NCBI GenBank assembly: GCA_021432655.1
Contig: MU271287.1
Span: 1-52,890 of the forward strand
Length of the DNA stretch: 52,890 nucleotides
From: Atractiella rhizophila
Taxonomy: Eukaryota
Reading direction: 5' to 3'
Shown: positions 11,505-24,451 of the stretch, piece by piece
Layout: each line of letters starts with the position of its first letter
Numbering within the stretch: position 1 is the stretch's first letter
Translations under genes and position numbers: made by a program
The notes under the pieces: generated by a model
Databases searched by the model: none
Told to the model about the DNA's origin: nothing
The model's input: the letters and a program-made list of their open reading frames with translations, nothing else

Positions 11505-14500
11505 TCACTGAGTTTCACATGGCGCGTCTTCGTCATCGTCTCCTCCAACCAATCTAACCCTCACTCCTCCGACGTGGGCATCATCCTCAGCATCATCTGG
11601 GAGAGATGAGAGCCTGGTGTTACGATTTAAAAGAGAAAGCAATACGCTTATCTATCCCCCATCATCCTTTAGTTGTCGATCCACATAACTCCATCCACGA
11701 CAAGGATTGGAAGGAAAGACTTGGGAAAGGAGAAGTAAAAGCTCACTGGGATCGTACTAGGAGGTAAGCGCATCCTTCTACGTCCGTTCATATTGTTTTG
11801 CCTGATCGCTTCTGCATTTTCCAACTTTGCAAACCTCCTCGATACCTTTACACCAGAATCGTCCGCATTCGAAGTCGTCGGTGCAAAGATCTTGACGCTC
11901 TGGTCGATCCCGCTGATCGCCAACACGGGCAGTTTGGGATGGGTTTGCATCACGTTCACGGTGTCACTGTCTCCTTCATAAATTCCCACCAGCTCCGTCG
12001 TCTCCTTATTCCAGCTGCACAACCGGCATTAGGATGAGCAAAGGCACAAGACGAGTGGTCATGAGAAAGACTGACATGAAGAAGTTCCCATCGTCCGATC
12101 CGGATATTACGAATTCGTCCTTCGGTCCAGTGAACTGGCGAAGCATCAGATGTCAACCTCAAAAAGAAATGATAAGCATACATTCACATCCTTCACCGTC
12201 GCTGAATTCAAGTGACCGTCGAACGAACGCAGCGGGAACACGACAGGCACGTCCTTTTCGGGATAAGATCTTCTGTGTCGACTGCTGAACATAAACAATT
12301 CCTCCTCATCGTCTTCGTCGTCTTCATCGTCTTCCATCGTGGCTTCTTCACCTTCCTCATCTGCGACGGGCTCCATGCCTGAGCTCATCGGAGCTTCGCC
12401 TCCTGGGGACGAGGCTGCCAGCTCCGTGGCCATCTCCCTTTGCGGAAGAACTTCCACTCCTTTTTCGAGTTGTTCGGCGAGTGGGGGCATATCTAAAGGA
12501 TCAGCGCTAAGATCCGTGCTCGCTTGAGCCTCGCTTTCATCCCCCTGAGGCACCACCACTTCCACCTGGGACGATTCCGCCGGTTGACCAGAACCTTCTC
12601 CCACCTCAATCTCTGGTATTGGATCCGCACGAGGTTCGGCGCCGGAAGAAATTTGAACATCCACCTTGACCTCTCCATTTTCGCCGATCGTAACTTCATA
12701 AGAATAATTCCTCTGTTCTGCTCCATCAGCCTCTTCAGAGCTTGTGTCAGTTCTCGCAAGTGCGGAGCTGGATGCTTGATTGGGAGAGGATGGTGCCGAC
12801 ATTTTTTTCTTCTTTGGTCCTTCGTCTGACCCTTCCTCTCCGCTTCGCTGTCGTTTTGATAGCGTGGGCCTTGCCAGTTGAGCTGTCGGCTCGAAATCAG
12901 GGGAGTCAAAGATGTCGAAAATGTAGACCGGGCCGCCAGAATAGCTGACCAGTAACTAAATGATGATTATCAGGCCCGTTCTAACCAAGTTTAGATAAGA
13001 GTTCTGAAGACTGACTTCTCGTCCATTATTGTCGCTCATCTTCGTCGCAGTAATATGTCTGTCTCGCCTCCTTCTCCTTTTCTTCTTTCTTATCTCCTCC
13101 CCACCTGGCCCTTTGTTGACTTCCTCATACACCTCCACCGTTGGTAATCCGAACCTCCTAACACATTGCGTCTCGAGGCTAGCAACCGGATGCACGCCCC
13201 AATCCATCAACATCGGACGAGGGAGCATTCTTCGATCGTGTAAATAGGCGTACGGAGAAGTACCTGCGACAGTGAAGAGGTAGGGACGGATTTTAGAGAG
13301 AGAGAGCGAGTAGAAAGAGAGCCCGCTGGCGGAGTAGTCTACCAATGGGGGTGGACAAGAGGAAAAGTTGTGATTACGAAGGCCCATCAGACGGCAGTTG
13401 TGGTGCACTCGCAGATCGTGTTGTCTGATTGGTCGTTGAACAGCTATTCCCTGTGATGCAGCGCTTCGAACCTACCGCACTGTTCCATCCTGCTTGATGT
13501 CAGCATCAGGCCAAATAATACACAATGGCGTACTTCAGAGCAAGTGAGGAAGATATCCTCGCTGTCCTCCGTCGCAATTCTCTTCACCCTATCCTCTTCA
13601 TCAACCTCAGCCTCCAACAGTCAAACGACATACCTATCAGTATGGCACCTTAACACCCTCATCAACATGCCACTCTCAGTCCCATACTCCGTCCACTCCC
13701 TCCTCCCTCCCCACCTATTCCTTCCGCGCATCACTTCTCCACTCACATTGGGAAGGGAAAAATCGAAAATACGGATCTCGGAATCACCTAGATCGAATCT
13801 CCAATCAACACTATATTGAGGAGGAAAGAGGAGTGTGGTGTGCACCAGCAGCGGAGAAGAGTCTGGAGGGTTTGCCGGGTGCGAATTTGACGCTGAAAAT
13901 GTTGGCTCTGTGACCTGTACCACATGGTTGAGGATAATGTTTCGCTCTAGATGACAAAGCCATACCAGTGTAAATAACCTCACTTAATCCCATTCCTAAA
14001 TTCGGGGTGTCCCAGGACCATTCGGAGACGATCACTTCTTCGCTATCCTCCGACGGTGAAAGCGAGCGTTGCGCTGACATCGGATCGCGGTTGGTGGGTT
14101 CATTGCCAATCTTCCAGATACATATTCTGGAGAGAGATGTCAGTTGGGCATTCTCACAGGTAAATGCAAATGTCTCGACGACTAGAGAGTTGACTACATG
14201 CAATCAATAGCCCTGCGCAATTACACTGAAGCACACGGACACATCTGTATGTTAGTAAACTGAAGGGATGATAAGTTCAATGTTCTAAGACCACAAGGGT
14301 TCAAAGCATACACTTCTAGTCACAGCATTAGGAAAACATATGTGTTATGCTCTTCGTCCTGAGAGAGGAGCGGCAATAGCAGGATTTGATACCAACATAC
14401 TAAGAGATAGAATGGAACGCACAACTCAACATTGAGAAGCTTGAGGACTGATTGCCACAAATGACCCTCGAGCGCCGTCATTTACATAAGAAATCTGACC

Positions 14501-14723
14501 TTTTATCATCACTTCCACTAGCCAATTTCTGCCCATCCTCACTCCAACAAAGCGCATTCACACAGCCCTTGTGTCCATAATGACCAAAGGGAGCTGCAGG
14601 TAAGCCAGCTGGACGCTCGATTTTCCGTTCGCTTTCGTCTCCGTCAACCCTTCCAAGCACCTGTACGCGGTCAAGACGATGGTACAGCGAGGGGAAATAG
14701 CTGCTTCGCTTGAGATTGAGCAT
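11505..14723 (-). CDS. WD40 protein of the DCAF8/DCAF6 type (CUL4-DDB1 substrate receptor), multi-exon; start uncertain
   Basis: GHKGCVNALCWSEDGQKLASGSDDKR|ICIW, TGHRANIFSVKF, AYLHDRRM, GHLNSATVKDVN, YEGDSDTVNVMQTHPKLPVLAISGIDQSVKIFAP, an acidic insert, C-terminus ...APCETQ*. Confidence 0.87.
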
Positions 14724-15217
14724 CCTCAGTCGTTCCAACCGCCAACAAACAAAAGAAAAGGGGAAATTGAAAAGCCGGCAAAGCCAACGGAAAAAACAAG
14801 AAGAAAAACCCAACCGGAAAACAATCCAAAGCGGAAAAACAAAAAACCCCAAGCCGAAGGTGAAAACGGGCCAAGCTGTGTGAGCGGAGCGTTATCCGAC
14901 TCTTTGAAGACAAAATTGGCGCGAATACTTTCCCACCAAGTCCCATTTGCTCGCAGATCCAAGGATTAATGTCCAGCCCAGATGCGACATTACATCTTGA
15001 TTCTGCGTCAAGAATCTTCGGTTGAAAGATTGAGTGTTTCTATGCGTGCTGACGGTCATAACAGACCTGTTGAAGGGAGGGTCTTTTTGATTTCCTGCCT
15101 TGTGTTAGAAATCGAGAGAATACAGTCAATGCCATCCGGAATATTTTTCCATATCAAAGTCTTCCCTCCCCTTAGACTTCTAGGAATCAGGAGACAGCTA
15201 AACAAATGCATTCCGGC

Positions 15218-15274
15218 TTATTTCACCATGACTTTTTATTTCACCATGACCTTTTTGTTTCACCATGACCTTTT
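15218..15274. repeat. Three tandem copies of TTTCACCATGAC in a divergent intergenic region
   Basis: Directly visible, 18-19 bp period. Confidence 0.85.
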
Positions 15275-16125
15275 CATTACAGGCATTGATTCTGCCCGAG
15301 GTACTCAATCTGAGGCATTATGTATGGAAACAGCCTTCACCCAATTCCTCCCAGCTTTTTTGTTTAGGCTAGGTTGGCTGGACTTGTGCGATGGCCTTTC
15401 GACCTGCTATGGGAAATCCACTCGTGATCGAATTTGGACTAATCGATATTCAAGAGAGCAGAGCAGGAGCCATGCGGATCGTTTCTTTTCTTGAGGATGG
15501 ACGAAATAATCATAGCTGAGAAAAGGGTGTAGACTAATTTCTCCGCTCAACTCTCCCTCTCTCCTCTAAGTTCGGTTAATGACTTTTAAGTGGAACTTGG
15601 GGACCTTTTATACATTTCCTGAGTTATATGGACCAGTTACGGTTTACAGCGGCAACGGAGGTCAGAGTTGCGGTCACCTCGGCCTTGAGAACATTGGTTG
15701 AAACAAGGATGAGTCTCAACTCCGCAAGTTGGTGATGAAGCAAGACTTTCTTTGCTCGGGAAAAAGACCGTTTTCAGGTTATCGAGAAGGTTAGGAAACA
15801 TGGGAAGTCCAATGGAAATCTAGTGAAACGACCGGGAGGAAGTCCTCGCTCTTAGGTCCTTTATATACTCTATCATATCTTCGCCTTCACAACATCTCCA
15901 CGCTATTACACCATTCCGGTACCTTCGTTGATCCTTGCAGTTCGCGATCTTTTAGCCTTTATGATGGGTATCTGGTCGTGAAAATCTTTACCGAAGTACC
16001 GTCTGTCGTTGTCCTTGAACAACCAACGGGGCACCAAGACCAAGCTCATCAATCAAAACCACACTCGTTCCATCTTTCCTCCCTTCCAGTTCTTTCTTCA
16101 GTCGTTTGGGTTTCAGTTCAAGAGC

Positions 16126-18250
16126 ATGATGATTTCTTCTCAAGCTCTTGGCCTTTTCTCTCTCCTCTGTTTTGTGCTCGCTCAACAAAACCTCGTTCGC
16201 AATCCATCATTCGAGGATCTCAACGCCACGTCCAATCAACCAGAGCATTGGCAGACACATTTCTTCGAGTTCCCTACAACTTGGATTAGCCCTGATGACA
16301 CTTTGAATTTCACCGCTGGGCTTGGTACGTTTCTGCTTGTTTATCGGACGAGGATATTGCCACAGGAAGGGGCATCGCTGACTGATTGGTCGCCGAGGTA
16401 GAGGTGAGAAATAACGCCACGGATGCCCAAGATGGAGTGAGACATGTTGCCATGTGGGATTGTGTCGAGTTTTGGCAAGACGAAATCCTCGTTCAACCTG
16501 GAGGAACATAGTTCGTCCTTTCTTGCCCTTGCACATGCGATCTCAAACTGATACACTGTCACAGTCAACTAAGCTATTGGGCAAATCACAACGCTTCTGC
16601 TATTCCAACACCTCAACTCGATTACATTCACGGAATTTCGTGGGCTGGGGCGAGTCCAAATCCAATCATCCATGTCGGAGACTGTGAGTTTCTCCCTGAA
16701 CCAGCCAGAAGTGGAACGTAACTGTACGAATTCTAGCTGGATGGCAGCAGATCTCGCTCACGGGAATCATTAACACCACGACCACTCGCATCTTCTTCTT
16801 GTGGGCACAGTGCGTCTGTTCCTTCACTGTTTTATGGATAAACTCATGAACGGATGTAGAAAAGCGGCTGAACTACGGTTTGCTACCTTACATTCCATCT
16901 TATCCATGATGACTTTGCGTCGGTAGCATTGACAACGTCTCTCTGAAACTTGTCGCTGGACCTCCGGAAGATAACGCAGTCCCAATCAACCTGCTCCAGA
17001 ATGGAGGGTTTGAAGATTCCGAGTCTGATGTTGCTCCTTGGGAGTGTGACTCTGTTTGCTGTACGTCGGTTCCCTCATTCTGCACCGCAACATGCTCAGT
17101 TGCATTTACTTGTTTAGCAATATATACTCCAACGGGGGTGTACTATCCTCCTGAAGGCTTAAATCAGCTGCATTTTTCTCCCGTCTCTTCCTTGTCCGCC
17201 GGGACCTTGACCCAGAAAACAAAGAGTGTGTTCAATACCACCTAGTGAGTATTATCCTGTCCTTCGACTGACGGCGTCTGATGTCTGCCTTCCAGTGATA
17301 TAAGTTTTCTGGCGCACACAACTGGTTGGCACTCTGCTTGAAGCAGGAATGATGCCTCTTAACGTGACGTGAACAGGGGTGGAAACTGATTCGGACCTAA
17401 GAGTCGCATTGGGTAATGATTCCCAATTGTTTAAAATCTCCCCTGGCGCAGAATATACGGGTAAGCATGCTATGCTCGATGCATCCAACAAGTCTATTCT
17501 CATTGAATGCATTCTAGGACCGTTTGGAAGCTTCAAAGCATCACTTGTTGCTACAGGGGATGATGATGATATGGTTTTCACCTTTAACACGTTTGTTCCC
17601 TATTCTCTTCGGAAGGTATCACTTATACTCCTGCCTCCAGACCGAATGCCTTCCTGAGGCTCGATGACGTACGAATGTACAAGAGTAATGCTCCTCGAGC
17701 GCCAACTCTCGACCCTCTTGGCAATAACTCGGGGAAGAAGTCCAGTAAGGGTCCTGTCATCGGAGGAGCAGTGGGGGGAGTCCTTGGAGCGCTTGTCATC
17801 GGGATTATTGTCTTCTTTGTCTTCAGAAGGAGACAACAGCGTACCGACAAAAACAAAATGATGGATGCAACGATTCTTCGGGAGGAGTTTGAAAAGTTCA
17901 CTAGCAGTGCGTAGACTGTTGTGTTCATCAATGTTGAACTAATCATGTGTGGATTGGATTCAGACAGCACCGTCGCTGGCTCTCCGTCTCCGTTCGTGGC
18001 TAGCGAACACAGTTATCCCAGCTACGGTGGCACAGTTCCAAGCATGCCTCGCTTTTCCAACGTTCCAGAGCTTCAGACTACCACTCCGCGGCCTCCGACT
18101 GGCATGAGCGTCAACAATCCCCACTTTCCTGACACCTACAGTCGTTGGGACCATGCGCCTTCTCCATTCCATCCTGTCCCCAACTCTGCAAGAACAACGA
18201 GTCAGTCCGCTGGCGATGCTCAAAGTGTTTGGTCTCATGCTACTCGATAA
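16126..18250 (+). CDS. Type I membrane protein with two CBM4/9-like (galactose-binding fold) ectodomains
   Basis: Signal peptide MMISSQALGLFSLLCFVLA. Spliced motifs NLVRNPSFE, VQPGGTYQLSYWA, GWQQISLT, IDNVSLK, then NLLQNGGFED. TM helix VIGGAVGGVLGALVIGIIVFFVF followed by RRR and a Ser/Pro-rich tail. Confidence 0.8.
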
Positions 18251-18719
18251 TGTTGGGCAGTAATAGGGTCTATTCGATTGGATTTTGACTGGCTGGACCC
18301 TTAAAGTTTCGTGCAGATTTTAACTGGGATGTTCCAAATTCACTCTTCTGTTTTGTGTGCTTCGTCTGTACGATGTCCAGTTTCACACTTCAAAGCAGTT
18401 TTAACTTTCAATATGTTTAGCCGCTGCATCCAACTTGCAGCCGGAGTGTTGCGCAATGAGTATCTCTGCATTCTTCGCCTGTGACTACCGTGCCTATAGT
18501 TTGTAGCATCTGTTCCCAAGAGCAGTACCCTCATCCGTTCTCAAGACCAGGCGAGCTTCAAGTGAAAGCGTCTAGACTTCTACCATGAAATGTGCCCTTG
18601 CCAACTGCAGGTTCTGCAGGTTACGCAACTGTAACGAATGTCGATACCCTCAGTACTTTCACAGGGCCACACTAAATAGTTTCAATAGCGGCGCTTATCC
18701 TAAATGCAACGACCAACTA

Positions 18720-19975
18720 TCAACCAGCAGTCATTTCTGCAATCTTCTCTTCAGCCCAATGCAGACCCCGTTCCAATTCGTTGCGCGCTTTGTCCTTCTT
18801 CACGATTTGCACCTCCCAACCCTCCTCTCCTTCCTTCGGCCAATCGCTCTCGTACAACCACCACGGATGGATTCCTTCCGTAACATGGTATACGTTACCA
18901 ATGAGCACTTCTTTTTCATCCAAGAATGCTGGCTTCCCAATGCGACATAGGAACCTTTCTCGTATCCTAGACTCTTGTACTGAATATGGCTGAACCGATG
19001 CTGGAATCGAGGCGTGTTCAAAGGGATTTGGAAAGGAAGCAGACATGAAGGAGAAAGACAAACAAAAATCTTCGGCACGTGATGCTGCCGAAGAAAATTC
19101 GAAGTCAAGTAGAGCGGTGATACGATGCGGTTGTGTAGGAGTAACCAGAATATTTCTTCGCTCTAACGTTACGATATTACTCCAATACACCGGGTCTCTG
19201 GAGAAACTTACCGAGATCTCCATGACAAAAGAACGCTTCTTCATCTTCACAACCCTGGAGAAGCACTTCAATGCCTTCTTCAAAACGTCGAAGCGGCTCT
19301 TCCAAATCCGACCAGTCGCTGAGAAACTTGTTTTCACGTAGGTTCTTGATATGGAAGCGGGCCTTCTCCCGATAAAAGGCGGACACGGAGGGCAGAGGTC
19401 CTGCGTAAGGCTCCAGCACCGTTTTCCCAACCGCGACAGTCCCATCCGGCTGCGTTCGAAGTCCTCCAAAGCCCTTGAACCTGATAGAGCGCATTTGGGC
19501 CACATATTTTCCAATTTCGTCAACGATGCCCAATTTGTCTTCTTCTCCCAACTCATTCCATACCTCTTCCAGAGTTACGCCGCTCATGTGCTCCATAATC
19601 ATCCAATCCAATTGGCTAGGGACGATATCAGAAACTTGATGAGAATGTGACACAAATGAAGCGTAAACTGTCGGCACTGGGATGGTGGTGCGCTGTCGGA
19701 TGACGCTCAAAGCGGCGATCTCATTTTCGGACTTCTGGGGGAATATCTTGGAGGGGCTTAATCGCAGCACGTAGGAGGTTGTAGGAGTCCAGACTATGTA
19801 ACAGCGATTATTGTACGATATGGGAATCTCCGAGATCGAAGTAACCTGGATTGTTGTGCATCAAATAGGATGAATGCTCCATTTCAGAACATACCGCAAC
19901 TCCCAAAACTGCATCAAATAATCTCTTTATTGCGGCATCATCTAGTCTAACGTGCTTTTTGGGTCCTTCTCCCAT
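18720..19975 (-). CDS. Aminoglycoside-phosphotransferase (APH)-like kinase, 3 exons
   Basis: KSENEIAALSVIRQRTTIPVPTVY, WMIMEHMSGVTL. Splicing a ~48-nt intron (about 19164-19211) restores HGDLERRNILV. ALLDFEFS metal-binding motif. Confidence 0.88.
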
Positions 19976-20670
19976 TCTGTGTAGACACCACTGCGTCGTC
20001 TCTTGGCATGGTGCAAAGCAATCCAGCTCCCTCAGCCTCTTAAGAGACAGCCTTCGATGACTCGAGTCCTTGCCCCACGAGATGCTAGACGAATGGACGA
20101 ATGCATGATTCTTACCTATGCTAGTCGTTTTCTAAGCCGATTATTTGGGCAAGTGGGGAAGTTGGATGCACCATGTCATAACAACTTGAAGTGGTTTTGT
20201 CCAAATCATCACGCGGACGGTTTCCTGTCCATTCTCAACTTGAATGCCTCCTTGTTGTCCAGTTCAATTTCTTGCTGTTCTTTGTCGAGCCTCTGTTGCA
20301 GGCATGGGCAACTGGAATCGCATGTTTATAACAGGAAGGGAGAATGCCTTGCGTATTTATTGGACACTACTCGTGGAGTAACACATTGCAACGCCAACTG
20401 CAGACTTCATTGAAACAGACGGATGGATGAATGGAGCAAATTGAGAGATGAGCACAGAGTGGTGAGGACATAGAAGGACCGTCTGATTGAACCGCTTCAG
20501 ACGTTCTTTATACATAGACAGATATAGAACCAGATATAGAAGCAAAAGGGACATGGCGATTCCTACCGAGGCTCCAAGGCTTTGACACAAAACTTACAAC
20601 AACATCAGTCAAATAAATGGAAGTCAAATGCACAACGAAGCATCTGCGTCCAATAACGAAATATAATGAA

Positions 20671-22181
20671 CTAGAATCTGTAAGACTGAAACAATCTACG
20701 AATGCCCTGCTGGCATTCGATCGTAGTTGTTCTGAGGAAATAAGGAGGAATGTCGTTGAAGGAACTCGCTTTCGCCTTCGTCATAGTAAGTGTGGGCTGG
20801 GATATCGCTTCGAAATGCTTGAAAATGTCCGTATTGCGGCGCAGAACCGGCGTAACCAGAATCGTGCTCGTAAAGGTGGTCGTTATTATCCATATTCGCA
20901 TCGAAAGGAGGCTGTTGTTTTGCTGATAATGCCGCTCTCCTGGTGAAGAATTCGGCGAATACATTCCAGTTTGACGAGGAGGTGAATACATCCCAGCTTG
21001 TCGGGGAGGCGAATACATCCCTGGTTGACGAGGAGGCGAATACCGGTGAGGCTGGTTAGGTGATGAATAGATTCCAGTCTGGCGAGGTGGCGAGGTTTCA
21101 AGAGGATCTGATGGGGAAAAGAATCCATTGTCCCGTCCATACGGGCTTTGGCTGTTTTGGCTGATATTGGCAGATGGAGGCGTTCCTCGTGTCCCCGAAT
21201 GAGGAGAGGTCGAGGCCGGAGTGTTCCTTCTTTGCCCTGAACTTTGGAAAGCGGGACGTGGAGGTGTGTATGGAGTGTGATAAGGAGGTTGCACCCGCAT
21301 CCAAGGAGTACGTGGTACGTCGAAGGTGGGAGAGGGGAAGTAGTTGGGGGAAGTCATATGATTTGGACGGTTTGGGTTGCCGGGAGCGTTGGACGGAGAA
21401 GGTCGCATGGGGATGGGGATGGCACGTTCATTTCCAACACCGTCTGTCTGAGCTTCCTTCTCCCTCTGCTCTGCCTTGAAGTCATACCACACCTTTTGAA
21501 GTTTTAGGATGTCCTGGAGCAGTCGTTTAAGTTCCCGCAATTCTGGCATTTCGAAAGTGGTGTATTCCTCATCGGTGAGGTGATGATCGGAGATGAATTT
21601 TCGAAGCTCCTCGTGACTTGGTGGTGCATTGTTCAACCCTTTCGGAATACGAGATTCCAAGCCTTCGACTAAATAAGGCCTGCTGGGGCGTTCCTGAAGA
21701 ATCTTTCAAGTTGGAAGAAGTCAGGCTGGCTAGATGGGAAAGAAGAGTCAACACACCTCGAGTGCTCTTTGCTCATATCGACCTCTGACGTTGAAGTCGC
21801 TCTCAGTGAACACAACTTCCATTTGTTGGTGAAGCGATATTGCCTTGTCGACCTGAGGCCTGAGATGTCGAATTCTAGCGGCGATTTCGAGCACCACCTT
21901 AGAGGAGAGTGTTGGCCATTCCGACGAACTAACAGGTCGAATGTTGATGCCAGACTTGACCGTAGATCGATTTCTAAAGCAAGGAATCAGTCAACATTGA
22001 TCGATAAGAGAGATAGATTGTTCTTACAGCACAAACATAAGCCATTCCTTGACGGAGAGGCTGAGAAACGAGAAATGAGTAAACGAACGTAACAGGAACG
22101 AGCAGGACGAGGGCACCTTGAAGTTAGGAGTAACTGCTGAGTGTCTTTGAAGGCTTCTGAGGGCGATTTAGGGGAGGACAT
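20671..22181 (-). CDS. Hypothetical protein with a Pro/Ser-rich repetitive C-terminal half
   Basis: Long ORF 20671-21660 plus upstream spliceable exons. Repeated SPPRQxGMY units. Start and C-terminal frame are uncertain. Confidence 0.6.
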
Positions 22182-24451
22182 CGCTCTTTCAGTCAGGTTC
22201 AGACTGGAAGATCGATGGGGGAGATGATGGTATGGTGGAAAGTGCTCAATGACGCTGACTGGTTTTGAAGGACCAGGTGAGCAAGTCACGAACTTTGTGT
22301 ACAGCGCGTAAGTCATGTGATGAAATCTCGTGTACGCGACTTCGGGTCCGGGGACTTGACCGCATCTTTTTTATTCCTGAAGTCCCGATTTCTCGTTATC
22401 CATAGGATAGCTCACTACCTTGACGATTGGCCGAAAGGGTTGCCCGACCAGTTGCCTCTGAATGCTTTCGTAAGGGGATAATGTTGGATTTTCAACCAAA
22501 TGCTTCAGTTAAATCAGAGAACTTGAGAGAAAGTTCGTACAGCTTCTCGGAACACTGCTGGAAGCTACATAAAAAACATGATGGAATAAATAATAAATGT
22601 TGCCTTTTACTTTCACCCAAGGTGCCCCTTCTTGTGACTTGAAAATTGTAACCTGGATTGTAGTCTCAGTCGGACCAATATCTTCCCACATGCTGAATGA
22701 TAAGACATCCTGCTGTTGCACGTTGCATGGACGTAAACTATTCGATGTACATTGCACATGATGCAGTTATATTGCATTTTTGCATATGCGTAGTGGTTGC
22801 CACCAGACGTTTGACACCACCCGAAATCAAAAGCATCTACGACGGAATCGAAATCAACAATATAGTAAAGGAAACGTGTTATCAGGTTTTGATGTCCGTT
22901 GCATCCTCAAAAAGCGTAAAGACAAGGTCAATCTGCAAAAGTAAGGGACCAGTGCCTGAATAGTTACGGCTTGTAAATAGTTGTTAAATGCAAATGAATC
23001 CCGACTCGAGCAACCATCACTCCGGTTACTCGTGCAGTTTCTCACTCTGAAACAACACCTCAACGATAACGCAGTTACAACTGATCTGAGTAAGCATTGT
23101 TTGTTCATCTTGGTCACCTGACATAACATTGAAATTGAAATCCAGCACAAAGTGAGTTGTATATCAAACAACATGGCGTGAAGAGCGCAATCAGAAGAGC
23201 AGCATAGATGTCTGACACTTCGACTGTCAATTTACGTGGCAACACCTACGTGCTCAACAAAAATATCGAAACAGAGTTCACTGTGCCATTCTCAACTCAT
23301 GCACAAGATTCTTTAGGACAATCAGCATCTTTAATTTCTGCAACATTCCAACTCCCTGTAACTGTGAGAGGACTCACACTACACGAAGCCAGACCTAAGG
23401 ATCCCCCATAATTCTTGTACTTCCTCCTCACTACATTTCGCTCCTTTCACAGGCGTCTAAGGTCTGGGCGATGATCCTTCAGCCCCAGTAAGAAGAAATT
23501 CTTTCCTACAAAGCTTTTTAAAGCCACAAAACCGAGTCACAGGAACATGAGGGTCTGTGGTCGTTGGAGTCGTTGCTTCACCCACGCACGACCAGCCGAA
23601 CGACGCGTACGGTGTTTTGACTGAAGCAGGACACCTTTTGTAACAGGAACTCTATATTTTCGCGACCAGACTCTCTGCTGTCCCACCACCTCTCAGCCTA
23701 CACATCAGACAGCCCTGAAAACCCTTGCCCGTCATGGCAGAAACAGGAATGTTGCAGCAATGTTGGAAGTGGAGGACGCATTTGTAATAAGGCAATAGAA
23801 ATTCAGGAGTGGAAGGACATACGAATGGAGGAACGGCGCTCAGGCTGTTGTGTGTACATTGCTTCACCAACCATATGAGAGTGATGGGACGATGAAAACC
23901 TGCAAAGTTTTTCAGTCGCTTATGGTGCAGAGACATTGAAAGGAAGAAGGCCAGGAGGCATCATTTTGAATATTACAATTCTCGAACATCTCTTAACAAG
24001 CCGGGAGTCCTAGTTTCTTTGGACGTTTCAAGTTTAGGAAATGACGAGCGGGTAGTGGTTGGAGTGAGAAACCCATAATCGTGGGACCGAGACCGTGGAG
24101 TAGAACTCTCTTTGTCACAGCTCTTGTTGTCTTTGAGACGCGTCTGAAACCACCATTTACCAAGTTCGCTTCGTCAACTTGAAGCTCATTCTGGTCATGA
24201 AAGATAGAGAAAAGACGTGCTCCGAGTAGGATGTTATGTCCCCGCTTTTAGGCATCGTTGAAGCAAGACCGCGCATTCAACACCAATGCCCCGCGTGCTA
24301 AGCATGAACACAGCGGCTCCTTGAGAGAACTGGGTCAATCTACCATGCCAGAGTGGAATCAGCATAGCCTTCATTTCACTACACTCCATTATCTTCCGAC
24401 CATAAATAGTGCGGTCGCGGGTTCTGCATTCCCTTTCCTCTCGGTCGATGC

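Larger units (their letters stand above)
9668..12987. repeat. Tandem ~1.64 kb duplication (9668-11305 and 11352-12987) separated by an A run
   Basis: The two blocks align end to end with scattered substitutions, and the ORF track shows duplicated ORFs. Confidence 0.95.

Noticed and set aside
11278..11511. Poly-lysine ORF, or the A run as a retrocopy tail
   Set aside because: The ORF is a by-product of the A run. The duplicate keeps its introns and the run is antisense to the WD40 gene.
18720..19770. Two overlapping ORFs as a programmed frameshift in the APH gene
   Set aside because: A canonical GTAAGT...TAG intron joins them and restores the catalytic motif.
20200..20590. Possible small minus-strand gene ending ...CLQQRLDKEQQEIELDNKEAFKLRMDRKPSA*
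   Set aside because: No convincing start or exon chain could be built.
22300..24400. Short ORFs in a 2-kb intergenic region
   Set aside because: No motifs or consistent splice structure.
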